A DNA stretch of 64,000 nucleotides from Lepidodermella squamata (Eukaryota; Animalia; Gastrotricha): the NCBI GenBank assembly GCA_047495785.1, contig JBLDXI010000011.1, forward strand, positions 1,488,001-1,552,000, in the 5' to 3' direction. The notes under the pieces were generated by a model. That model was not told the DNA's origin and did no database searches. It saw only the letters and a list, made by a program, of their open reading frames with translations. Below, in pieces: positions 46,718-57,880 of the stretch; position 1 is the first letter of the stretch, and each line of letters opens with the position of its first letter. The position numbers were made by a program, and so were the translations under genes.

Positions 46718-47665
46718 ATGAAACGAGCCCTGCGAAGTTCTTCAGCAGCTGAAGCTAAGTTATCAAAAGTGGAAGTTGACGATCCCAGCAGTCCAACCCC
46801 CGATTTCGCGAATTTACCGCCAGAAATTCTTCACCTAATTTTCTCGCAATTTTCCAGCAATTTCTACTATCTCGGAAAATGTGCTCAGGTCTGCCGAAAT
46901 TGGCGAAACATCATCGATACGAACGCCATGATTTTCGAAATTTGGAAACAAGAATTCAAGCCGAAATCAGTGGCTTCGTTTGACCCTGAGAAAATTGCCG
47001 AATTGCGGAAAATCCTGAAATTACCTGACAATTTGTTCGGAAGAAACGGATATTATTTCTCTGAAGAAATCATGGAGCGACCTGCAATTGATCTAGGACG
47101 ACTGCGGCACGTACTTTCCATGCCTAAATTGGACCTAATTGCTATCGTTGTGGGCCATAGATATGAATCAACCGAGTTCCGCGGCGTTGTAACGAACTTC
47201 AAAAGTGGATCAAAAAAGTATCAACTGATCAATCTCGGATCAATTTTGCCGAATTTTACGGCTTTGTCCACCCTGGGGTTTTCCATTGTATTCGGCCCGT
47301 CGGACAACTTTCCCCGCCCATCGGAATGGGGTGAATTTCGTTGCCTGGACGCGGATTTTTTCGTGATTAAGGCGGATTTTGAGGTCCAGGAGACTTACTG
47401 CGTGCTACAGCGATTGCCGGCCAATTGCCGTTACATTTTAGCGACAAATTTATGGCGATATGAAAATATTCGATCGATGTGGCCGAGTCAGTTGGCTGAG
47501 TTCACTGAAACTGCGGATTTGCAAGCTGAGGGTTACCACGAGATCTACGACGGTGAGAACTGCTCGGAATTTGACGACCAGGAGAGCTGTGAGAGTGAAA
47601 GTGGAAGCGAGGATTCTGACGACGATGACCCGTTCGGCTTTTTTCCGTGCTGCGGCGGCTGCTGA
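46718..47665 (+). CDS. F-box protein, subfamily B copy 1
   Basis: FANLPPEILHLIFSQF...CAQVCRNWR; ends with an acidic tract then PFGFFPCCGGC; 5'-UTR intron ~46613-46697. Confidence 0.88.
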   Translation: MKRALRSSSAAEAKLSKVEVDDPSSPTPDFANLPPEILHLIFSQFSSNFYYLGKCAQVCRNWRNIIDTNAMIFEIWKQEFKPKSVASFDPEKIAELRKILKLPDNLFGRNGYYFSEEIMERPAIDLGRLRHVLSMPKLDLIAIVVGHRYESTEFRGVVTNFKSGSKKYQLINLGSILPNFTALSTLGFSIVFGPSDNFPRPSEWGEFRCLDADFFVIKADFEVQETYCVLQRLPANCRYILATNLWRYENIRSMWPSQLAEFTETADLQAEGYHEIYDGENCSEFDDQESCESESGSEDSDDDDPFGFFPCCGGC

Positions 47666-48462
47666 TTGGCGTGAAAAATCACGAAAAAATAAAGACAAGA
47701 AATTTGTTTTCCAATTTACGTAATTTTGCTAATTTTTTAAAATGTGTTGTTGACTCTGGAAAAATGTTGAAAATAGCTTGAATATTTTATATATTAAATT
47801 TTGTAAACTTTTTATCGAAACGGATTAAGAATAATCTTCGATGCTGATCAAATGAAAGTCGCCGTTGCTATACATTCTAATTTTTCCGGTTTTTATCTGC
47901 TAATATGTTCTAATTTTCTATTTAATTTTCGGTTTCTTAAAAAAATCACTTGACTGATGCAATGCTTCCTTAAAAATGAGCTTGGTGTAATTTTCCTAAT
48001 TTTCATTATTTATCCTTGCTCAATTTCGTTCCTATATTTAATATTCGATAAAATTAAAGTTTTGTGACTGAACTGGTAATTTTTCCGGTAATTTTGATGC
48101 TGTAGATTTTACCAGATAAATTCGAGTCGCAATGAATAAATATGTTGATTGTTGCCTTGGTTTCGGTTCTATTTGATAATAAAATCGCGGTTTTAACAAT
48201 CGGATTTACTCTCTATATTATACGAAAAAAATATTTTTTTTAGATCGCGTAATTCGAATATTGAACCGTATTCTGAAATATCGAAAGTGATGCTGGACTG
48301 GAAAACAGTGACATTTTTTAGAAATTTCCGATCGATTTTCCAGAGTTTTTATTACCTTAACTGACCCTACGATTGGTGAGTTTCGTACCTGGCACCCTCA
48401 GGTATGTAATATAATTTTCGATTCTGGCTTCGTAAGCTGCTGGAAAAATTATAAATTTGATA

Positions 48463-48653
48463 TAGTGGAACCCCGATTTCTCGTCACCTGATTTTCCGTC
48501 TGACTATATGTCTGAATATATGTAAATATTTAGGAACGGTCTTGAACCCGCAGAGGGCAATTAACTGCAAAACTACCGGGATTTCCCGCCAATTCGGATT
48601 TCCCGTCAGGATTTTCGTGGAACCGTAGAAGACGGGGAATCGGGGTTCCACTG
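48463..48653. mobile_element. Tigger/pogo-like MITE, ~190 bp
   Basis: ta|tagtggaaccccgatttctcgtc ... gacggggaatcggggttccactg|ta. Confidence 0.82.
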
Positions 48654-49071
48654 TATTGGAAATTGATATCGGCTACACAGGCTATGTGTAACTCGACCGA
48701 TATCGCAAAACACGCATAAGTTTAAGATCTATCGGCTGGGCTTGATTAACAAAATCGAAACTGAAAACCATATTTTGTTGGATCGAGCAGAGACGCCTTT
48801 TAAATTAACTGGCGATTTTCGAGTCGCAGTTCGGGCCCAAAAATGATTTTGCACAGCTGATTGTCAATCGTTGAAATGACCCCTTTCAAGTCTCATTAGC
48901 TCAATTACTGTCGACTTGTCAAGATATCGCAATTTTTCGGTCGAAGGAAGAAGTATTTCTTATAATTCTTATAAAGAATGAGCCAAAATTAGGGTTCCAG
49001 CGCTTAATTTGAGGCTCTGATTTTTTAATTATTTCTGATTTTTCAACAGGGGTAGATTTTTTGAGATTGAA

Positions 49072-50004
49072 ATGAAACGAGTCCTGCGAAGTTCTTCGGC
49101 AGCTGAAGCTAAATTATCAAAAGTCGAAGCTGGAAAACTGAGTTCAACACCTGATTTCGCAAATTTACCGCCGGAAATTCTTCATCAAATTTTTTCGCAA
49201 TTTTTTCGTGACTTCATCCACCTTGGACGATGTGCTCAGGTGTGCCGAAATTGGCGGAACATCATCGACTCGAACGCCGTAATTTTGGAAATCTGGAAAA
49301 AGGAATTTAAGCCAAAATCAGTGGCATCATTCGACCTTGAAAACATTGCTGAATTGCGAAAAATCCTGAAAATACCTGATAATTTGTTCGGAAGTGGTGG
49401 ATTTTATTTCTCTGAAAAATCCTTGGAAGGACCTGCAATCGATTTAGGACGACTTCGCAATATTCCGACCCTGCCTATCTTGGATCTAATTTCAATCATT
49501 TTGGGCGGTAGATACGATTCGACCGACTTCCCTGATTTTTTAACTAATTTCAAAAGTGGATCAAAAGCGTATCAACTGATCAATCTCGGAGCAATAACGC
49601 CCAGTTTTAGGATGTTGTCCACGCTCGGCTTTTCTATTGTCATCGGACCACCGGAAAGTTTTCCTTACGGATCGGAATGGGGCGAATTTCGGTGCTTAGA
49701 CGGTGATTTCCGCGTGATTAAGGCGGATTTTCAGATCGCTGAGACTTACTGCGTTTTGCAGCGATTGCCGGCTAATTGCCGTTATATTTTAGCGAGCCAT
49801 TTGTCGAGGCATCAACATATCAGATGCATGTGGCCGAGTCAGTTGAAAGATTTCACGCAGAAAGAAGATTATCAAGTTGAGACCTTCCACGACGTCTATG
49901 GTTACGGTTCGGATTTAGGAGAAGAGGAGAGCCGCGGGAGTGACAGCAGTGAAGATTCTGATGACGACCCTTTCGGATGGTTCCCATGCTGTAGCGGCTG
50001 TTGA
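49072..50004 (+). CDS. F-box protein, subfamily B copy 2
   Basis: Close paralogue of 46718; ends PFGWFPCCSGC. Confidence 0.88.
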   Translation: MKRVLRSSSAAEAKLSKVEAGKLSSTPDFANLPPEILHQIFSQFFRDFIHLGRCAQVCRNWRNIIDSNAVILEIWKKEFKPKSVASFDLENIAELRKILKIPDNLFGSGGFYFSEKSLEGPAIDLGRLRNIPTLPILDLISIILGGRYDSTDFPDFLTNFKSGSKAYQLINLGAITPSFRMLSTLGFSIVIGPPESFPYGSEWGEFRCLDGDFRVIKADFQIAETYCVLQRLPANCRYILASHLSRHQHIRCMWPSQLKDFTQKEDYQVETFHDVYGYGSDLGEEESRGSDSSEDSDDDPFGWFPCCSGC

Positions 50005-50578
50005 TTGGCCGGGAAAAATTCGAAGAAATAATGGCAAACAAATTTTTTGTATTCGAATTTACGTAATTTTCAAAATCGATCGTTGAATATCGATTAATTT
50101 TATCTGTTATATTGTTTGAATAATTTTTTCATATTTAATTCTTGAAAATTTGACCTGTTTTTGTGAAATTATTTTAATAAAAATTTGAAATAATAATTTT
50201 TTGAATTTTGATCAAAAAATAAAATCTCCGATGCTATCAATCATATTTTCCGGTTTTGATCTGCTAAAAAAATTCACTACTGAGTTTGTCGAATTTCTTC
50301 GCGTTTCTGGATGAAATAAATGTCAAAATTTCTATTTGCTCAATTTTTTTCTATATTTTTAATTTTTCATCAACAAGCATTTTAGCCTGCGAATTTTATG
50401 ACTTGAACGATCATTTTTATGAAATTAAATCTTGCATATTGTTAATGAATCTTTTATTTACCCGCTGAAATATTAACTCGATAAATCTGCCTCACGACCG
50501 CGTGAACTAATAATCACTTTGCTTTGCTTCTAAATTTGACAATAAAATTATGTATCATAAAAGAGCCATTTTCGATAA

Positions 50579-52029
50579 GAGGAATTTATAAAGCGCAGCA
50601 CAGATATGACCATTTGTAGCACAGCTGCGCAAAGTGTAGCACAAATTAAATCCAAATTGTAGCACAGTTTTCGCATTTTGTAGCACACCTTAATTTTACC
50701 CAAATTCAACAAAAAATTGGTTATATATGAATTCTTGCGATTACAACTGCCATGATTGGTGCCGAGCGACGTCTGCCTACGGTCGCCGCTGCAATTGCAG
50801 CTCACAGCCATACCGGCTTCAGGCTTTTCGACGACTGGATCCGCCGGGGCGTTTTGTGGCACGGTTTCAGCCACCAGCTCTGAGTTGAATTTAATCGCTT
50901 GTTTCATCTCATCACATTAAGCAGAATCATACGGAAAACGGACCAAGGCCTTCTTATCATCACAAGTTCGCCCACGTTTTTGTGATTTTTGGCGAAATTG
51001 CGCACGCCTGTCCAGAAAACCCTGACGTCGCCTCGGCCCTTGCTCTTTGTTATTATCGACAATGCAATTAGATGATTGTCGACAGTGCAATTTTTTGAAA
51101 AGACGGGAAGTGTGTAACACAAAAACGCCCCACACCGCTAGTTGTAGGTAACAGCCGCAGTTAACGCGCAGCGTGCATGTCCGCTCTCCATCCGCTCTCA
51201 CTCAGCACTCCTGCGCGCGGCTTAGTCACAAGGCGCGCAGCCGGTATCGCTGTACTAGCGTCCCATTCGTGCACAGCGCCACACGGTCGCACAAAATCGC
51301 TACCGGTTGCACGCCTAGGTGAGATTAAGGGGGATTATCCTCATATTACACTGGACGCGCGCTTTATAACCGTGGCCTTGGTGCAGTCGTTGTTGTAAAG
51401 CGCGAGAGGTCCGAATTCGATTTACCAGGTGTGGCTGCAATAATTGGCAGTATGCAATGCTTGTACTCAGCTAATCGAATCCAGTGGGAGCCAATCGCTG
51501 ATGATCGCTGAATGATAGCTAATGGAGGTGGAAAAGTGTCGGTGGTTGAGCCTTGGGGTTGAACGTGTGGTGCCGCGCGGCAAGCGTTGGTTCTGCTTCA
51601 AAATCGCAGTAGCAACGCATGTTCCGCTTCATTGGCGCGCGAGGAACCCAGTTGCCCATGAATCATCTCGGTATTGTCGGCATTGCCGATGTAGCAAAAC
51701 ACCCAGTGGCTGCCCAATTTTCATCAGCCATAGGTCACCGTTCATGGCTGATAAAAACCCCACCGTTCAACCCCATTCAACGGTAAGATATTCAGATGGT
51801 GGTGTTTTGGGGGTCTTGCTTCGAGTTGGAAGTTATTTTGAATCCAAATCGGAATTCGGAATCAAATTCGGTGAAATATCGCTTGTGCTACAAATTTAAT
51901 TTTAATTGTGCTACAATTTGCGCAGCTGAGCCACAATATTTACTTTGTGCTACAAATTGCGCAGGTGTGCTACGCGCGCACACACTGTGCTACAAATGGT
52001 CACAGGTGTGCTACAATTTTCCGAGCCTC
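50579..52029. mobile_element. Non-autonomous Mutator-like element (1.45 kb) with a GC-rich interior
   Basis: 9-bp TSD tttcgataa (50570-50578, 52030-52038); GAGG...CCTC ends; tgtagcac repeats on the left, gtgctaca repeats on the right. Confidence 0.82.
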
Positions 52030-52228
52030 TTTCGATAAATATTCGATTATTTTTAGATCGTTTAATGATCAATCAATCGTTCAAATCAATATCAATTTGG
52101 TATTTGGTCTGCTTTTGATCTCGTAAAATGCTGGTTTCGCAGGCGTTGGCCGTAATTTGATCACTGTAGGCTGATTTTATTTTAATGTTGAAAATTTGAA
52201 ATATATGAAATTTTTTTCTAGGAAAAAT

Positions 52229-53098
52229 ATGGAAACTGAAGGACAAATTATTTCCGAGACGGAACCATGCATCTTGCTTAGCCTTCCCCTCGAGATATGG
52301 CATCGAATTTTTCTGAAATTGGACTTGACCGATTGGCTCAACTGCGCACTGACCTGCCGAAAATGGCGCGAAATCATCGAAAGCGACGATTTGTTAATCC
52401 AACGTTTACAACTCGAATTCCCCGACAAGAAATCAGCCCAATTCAACAAGGAGAAAATCGCAAATATTCGAAAAGTTTTAACCGTCGAAAATTCGTTGTT
52501 CCGCAAACAAGGTTTCATTTTCGCGGCTCAAAATTGGCAGAAAAATTGCGTTGTTTTGGAGACAAAATACGAGCAAACCGATGACGAATTGCTGTCGTAT
52601 GTCGATGAAGTCTTGGTTACTATTCAACGCCTGGAGGATAAATCTTGGCTCGAAAATCCCGTTAATTATTTTTCGTGCGAATCTATAGAATATGTGCTGG
52701 TTGATCTACAGGCCGTATTCAATTTCGGTTCAATTTTCACTGAATTTGCCTTTCCAATTTTCATCGGACCGACCTCGCGATATCAATACGACGCGATTTT
52801 TATACTCGTTGACTCGAATTTTAAAGCTATTCCGAAATTCCGAGTGCCTTTTTTACACGCTTTCGGAATTTTGAACCAGTTGCCAGATGGCGCTCGTTAT
52901 CTGTTTACTGCGAATTTATCGGAAAATTACAAGAAATTGCGAGCTGTTTGGCCGAGCCAGTACGAAAAATTTTGGAAGAAAATTTTCGAGTTGAACAACA
53001 AGCGGCTGGCGGTAATGATGCAAGGCTTCGACTCGTCGGATTCAGAGGAACTTTTTCATGGCGAAGGCGATTCTGATGAAATGGCCGATCTCATTTAG
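52229..53098 (+). CDS. F-box protein, subfamily A copy 2
   Basis: LLSLPLEIWHRIFLKLDLTDWLNCALTCRKWR; paralogue of 45104 (KSWLEN, WPSQ, HxEGxSDE..LI). Confidence 0.88.
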   Translation: METEGQIISETEPCILLSLPLEIWHRIFLKLDLTDWLNCALTCRKWREIIESDDLLIQRLQLEFPDKKSAQFNKEKIANIRKVLTVENSLFRKQGFIFAAQNWQKNCVVLETKYEQTDDELLSYVDEVLVTIQRLEDKSWLENPVNYFSCESIEYVLVDLQAVFNFGSIFTEFAFPIFIGPTSRYQYDAIFILVDSNFKAIPKFRVPFLHAFGILNQLPDGARYLFTANLSENYKKLRAVWPSQYEKFWKKIFELNNKRLAVMMQGFDSSDSEELFHGEGDSDEMADLI

Positions 53099-53465
53099 AT
53101 TCTGCTCAGATGAATCATCATGGGACAAATTTAACTGTTTTCAATGCTCTTTTCTATGTATTTCATCTGAAACATCATGCCTCGAGTTGTAATTTTCGCA
53201 GTTTTCATCTATTATTTGTTATCAATGGTAGAAATCCTCAAAATCTTGTGTTGTGCAAAATGTTGTTGGAAATGTTGAAAACATGATTTTATTAATAAAT
53301 TTTATCATTTTAAATTTATCGCTGTTCGACTGCTGGCATCGCAGATTTTATCTGATTTTTTAATAATTTTCAACTTTGACCTATCGATTTTCAACGATTT
53401 CAGGAAAGATTCAAGCGTTTTGGTTGTGATTTTTGAATTCTCCGCGCCATTTTGACATTAAATAT

Positions 53466-56400
53466 GGACGTGGCTATGTGAACCCAGTAAAGTGTGTGTC
53501 ACGCAATGGCTATGCGTACCCAATGTGTGTGGCGTAATGGCTACTTGAACACAGTGTGTTTGCGTGATTGGCTACTTGAACACACCCACTGTGTGTGCGG
53601 AAACGGCTAAGCGTACCGACCCCGGTAACTACAGGTTTTTCACTTAATCGGTAATAATGAGGTGATTATTGAAAGCGGAAGACAGAATTCAGTCATTGTG
53701 GACCATAGGCTATAAATGCTGGTAAAACAGGGTCATGTTAACCATAAAACTTACCATGTCCGAGTCAGTTATTACCAGTCAGTCCGATATTATCAAGGAT
53801 ATTAAGGTGGGCGACCGTTTTCAGTCGCGCCACGACCTCGTTTATAAGCATTTGCTTACATTTCGAGACGAAGTACGTGAGCCCTATGTCTGCCGCAGTT
53901 CCGACACCAACTCGGTGAGAATCCTCTGCACTCATGGCTACCGTCACAAGGAAAACATCACGTCAGGCGATCGGCCGAATCAACACTTGGGCTTCACCGG
54001 CTGCCCAGCGAAAATCCTCGGCACCGTCAACAAGTCGGGCGTCGTCAAGATCACGCAAGTCGTGCGGTTCCATAACCACGACCTGACCGACGAGCGATGG
54101 GCCATGTATTCCTTCAATCGCCGCCTCGACCCGCAGCAGGAAGCTGAAGTCCTGTCCCATTTGCACAACAACGCCAAGGTGTCGACCGTTGCACACCATC
54201 TGAGCAATGCGACTAACAAGGTGATTACTGCAAAGCAACTTCACAATTTAGCCCAGGTAATTAGACTTTGTTATTACCCATTTTACCGATTATCTGACCG
54301 CGGTTCGTTTTTTCGCAGAAACACCGGCTCAGCCCCGAGGAGAACGCGCGTGTCCTCGACGAGACCCTGGCCGCCGTTAACGAGGGCGATGGCGTTGTGC
54401 GCACCGCCCGGGACGACAAGGGCAACGTCGACATGTTGTTCATTGCTACAAATCAGATGATTAACGACGTCAACAAGTTCAAGCCGTCATGTATTTTGCT
54501 CGACACCACCTTTAAGACCAACGTCGAGAAGTATAAGTTGTGCACTTTTGTCTGCCTCTGCCCGCTGACCGGAAGCACCCGGGTTGCGGCCGTCTCTCTC
54601 CTCGCCGACGAACGCCAGCACAACGTCAAGGCAATGTTGCAGGAGTTCAAGGCGATTTACGGCGCCGGCCCGTGGTTCTTCATGGTAGACAAGGACTTCG
54701 ACCAAATCGATCTCTTGCGCGAGTTGTTCCCCGGCTGCGTCATCCTGTTGTGCATCTTTCACGTGCTAAAGTATATGCGGAACGTCATCGCCACAATTCG
54801 CAACAACGACGCCGTCGATCTAGTCGAATACAAGACCCAGGTGTTTGATGCGTTAAAAGCACTGATTAAGGCGCGGCGGGAAGAGGCCTTTAAGGAGGCT
54901 GTTGAGGCCTGGCGCGCACTAGTTCCGCAGCACGTGACGGTGAAAATCGCACGCACGCAGGAGCAATCACTCGCCGATTATTTCGAGCGTAATTGGCTTA
55001 ATTGCGTCGAGATGTGGGCACTGTACGCTCGTCGTGCCTACCCGATTTTGCTGACCAATACAACAGGTCGAGTTGAGCGATTTTTCGGCTCCATCAAGGG
55101 CGAGATGTGCGCGCAGTTTTCGACTAAGCCGCCGATGCCTGTCTTCGTTCCCTTCCTTCTCTCTTCCATTGCGCGCCGCCGGGCCGAGAAGACCGTTGTC
55201 AAACGCGCCGTTCGCCGCGGCGATGAGTTCGAGAAGCTACTGGACGAGGCATCGTACCACATTTCCGAGTAAGTTGAATCTCCCAGTTGGATTTTTAAGT
55301 TGGATTTTTAACTTTTTCGCATTTCAGCTTCGCCCTCGAGCACTTTCATGGCTCGCTCAAGCGATTCAAAACACGCGCCCTCTCTCTGGTTCACGGCGTG
55401 GGAGTGCGCGAAAAATTTGATCAAGACGACGTCGACTATAGCACGACGCCGGCGAGCTGTAATTGTTCTTTTTTCGCTCAACTCGCGCTGCCTTGTCATC
55501 ACATTGTTTTCTTGCGCTCGAAGTTCGAACTGCCGCTATTCGAGAAGGGGCTCTTTCACAGCCGTTACTTCAACGACTTCATTCGCCTCAACAACGCCCA
55601 GGCCACTGAGGACAAGACGCCCGGAAGTTTCGTTGAAGCGGATTTCGAAGAGCAGTTTGCGGCCTACAAGTTTACTGAAAATTTCGCCGTGAAGTCGAGG
55701 AAGCCGGCCGACAACGCCGCTCGTTATCGCAAAATTTCGCAACTTACCCTGGTCCTCGCTGATCTCGCTTCTCAGCATCCTAACCGCGTTTTTGAAGGCT
55801 ACTACAAGCAGCTCGAAAAGCTGGCTGATATCATCCGAGCTGGGAAGGCGTTCGAAATAATCGAAAAGGTCGGTTTTTCCGTTAAAATTGAATTTTGAAT
55901 TTATTAGAATTCTGAATTCTGTTTTGTTAGGATCAGCCGATGCAGCCTCTGGAGACACAACCGGCTTTGCGGCAAGAGCAGCCACTACCGCAGCAACTAC
56001 CCGAGCCACTGCCGCAACAACAGCCGCAACAACAGCCCGAGCCACTGCCGCAACAACAGCAGCAACAACAGCCGCAGCCGCTACCGCAGCAACAAGCTAT
56101 TATCGCACCGATTATCGAGTCACCCGCCTCCGCGCCCATCTCTCTATCACCACCGCTTCCGGTCGCCTCGGTGCCTGGTGACGTCGAGTGCGCGGTTACG
56201 GACGAGCTCGGCATGCGCCCGGCCGACTACGACGAGTTGCTCACTACTGCGTACCTCACTGACATTCACATGCACGCTGCGAACAAGCTGTTTGACATGA
56301 TGCGTCCCACGGGCGTTAATGCCGAGTCGCCTCTCCTGTCACAGCTTGAATTTTCACCGGCCACAACACCGACGGTTCAGCTGCACCACTGCGGAAGTGA

Positions 56401-57152
56401 CCATTGGGTCGCAACTTCAACCATCACAGTCGGTCAATTACCACACGGCGTCAAGTTAATGAACAGCCTTGCAGGGCCCATCACCGAGTCGCTTCGAAGA
56501 CAAATTACCGAGCGCTATTCAACGTCGGCCGTCAATGGCGAAATTCCGGTGCACATCTTACCGGTGAGCCAACAAGTCAACGGCTACGATTGCGGTGTAT
56601 ACGCGATCGCCTATTGCGTCGAGTTGTTAACTGGCAACGATCCCCGGCGCGCACAGTTCGAGGCGTCGCGGATGCGCGGTCATCTTCTACAATGCCTGAA
56701 AAATCGCTTGCTCACTACGTTTCCATCAGCGCCACGTCGTGGCCGGTTGCCGGCGGTCAAAACTGAACTCCTGGAAGTCGAGCGGGTGACGACGTTTATC
56801 CCCGGCGAGCCGCTTGTATTCAAACAAGGCAAGGACTCTGGCCGGATGAAGGGCAAGCCGCAGAAAGTCTTCAATCGCAAAAACTAGTTTTTTACTGCTT
56901 TCCTACTTTGGTGTTGTTCTGTTTATATGTCTTACCTTTTTCTAAACAAAATCAGCGGAAAATTTGGAATAAAGAAGGTTCGTTTCCGCTGTTAATATAG
57001 TGTTATCCGGTTAAAAATGAGTGTGTTTACATAGCCAATAGCGCATACCCAGGTATTAACGCCCGCTGTGTTCAAGTAGCCAATCACGCAAACACAGTGT
57101 GTACGCATAGCCATTGCGTGATACACAATCCTGGGTTCACATAGCCACGTCC
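53466..57152 (+). mobile_element. Full-length Mutator (MULE) transposon, 3687 bp
   Basis: TIR ggacgtggctatgtgaacccag / ctgggttcacatagccacgtcc with internal tggcta repeats; perfect 9-bp TSD attaaatat (53457-53465, 57153-57161). Confidence 0.96.
53756..56887 (+). CDS. MULE transposase-SWIM-Ulp1-like protease fusion (~982 aa); exons 53756-54256, 54319-55268, 55328-55868, 55931-56887
   Basis: FAR1/WRKY-like C..C..HNH; DDE residues in LDTTFKTN, VDKD and TTGRVE with CIFH; SWIM CNC..PCHH; PQ linker; C48-like HW..NSL..QQVNGYDCG; three GT-AG introns join all frames without stops. Confidence 0.92.
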
Positions 57153-57880
57153 ATTAAATATGGCCATTCGATTAATACCGCGAAAATCGCGTGAAAAATA
57201 AATCGCTCTATATTTTGAAGAAAACCTGCGTAAATAATGATGCACATCAAATCCTGATTCATCGATTTTGATTTGTTGCTCAAAGTTTTACATTCGGTGT
57301 AGATTGGTTCTTTCGCACGTTAGGGCGAAGAATTACCTACTTTTTTGCTTTGCGCGCAGGTCTGCCAATATTGGCGTAACACTATCGATTCAACAGCGCT
57401 GATTTTCGAGAGATGGAAGCAAGAATTCAAAGCAAAACCTTTTTCGCCTGTTGCCTGTTTGACGGTCGTTATGATGTATAAGGGTCTGATTTAATCCGAG
57501 TATGAGGTCCTGAGCTAAATAATCAGGTAAATCAGGGAAATGAAGAAATCATTGCGGAACCTGCCACCGATGTCGTGAACGATGCGGCGGGTTCTCACTG
57601 CTCGCTACATAAGCGAAGGATTTTTAAGCCAAAATCAGCTAAAACCCAACGGGCAAAATGCAAGAGCTAAAGATGCTAACATTAACGGGTTTCCAGACAT
57701 AATTAAAGATTTTCAGTTTTTATCACGATAGACTTGTTAGACTAGTCGTTATCATGATAATTGTTTGTATATTACATTCAAAGCTGCTCAATTGTATGAA
57801 ACAAAAAAAAACTAGTAGGCCGCATCTACAGACGACAATTCACGGCAGTGCTAATAACTATCCATGCATAAACAAATAAT

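Noticed and set aside
53466-53620. Regularly spaced tggcta..gaac repeats resembling a CRISPR array
   Set aside because: Internal repeats of the Mutator TIR, mirrored at 57030-57152; eukaryotic context, no cas genes
55888-56181. Ala/Thr-rich antifreeze-like ORF (ATTAATT...) and Cys-rich antisense ORF
   Set aside because: Alternate frames of the CAG/CAA-rich PQ linker of the transposase; splice phase supports the PQ frame
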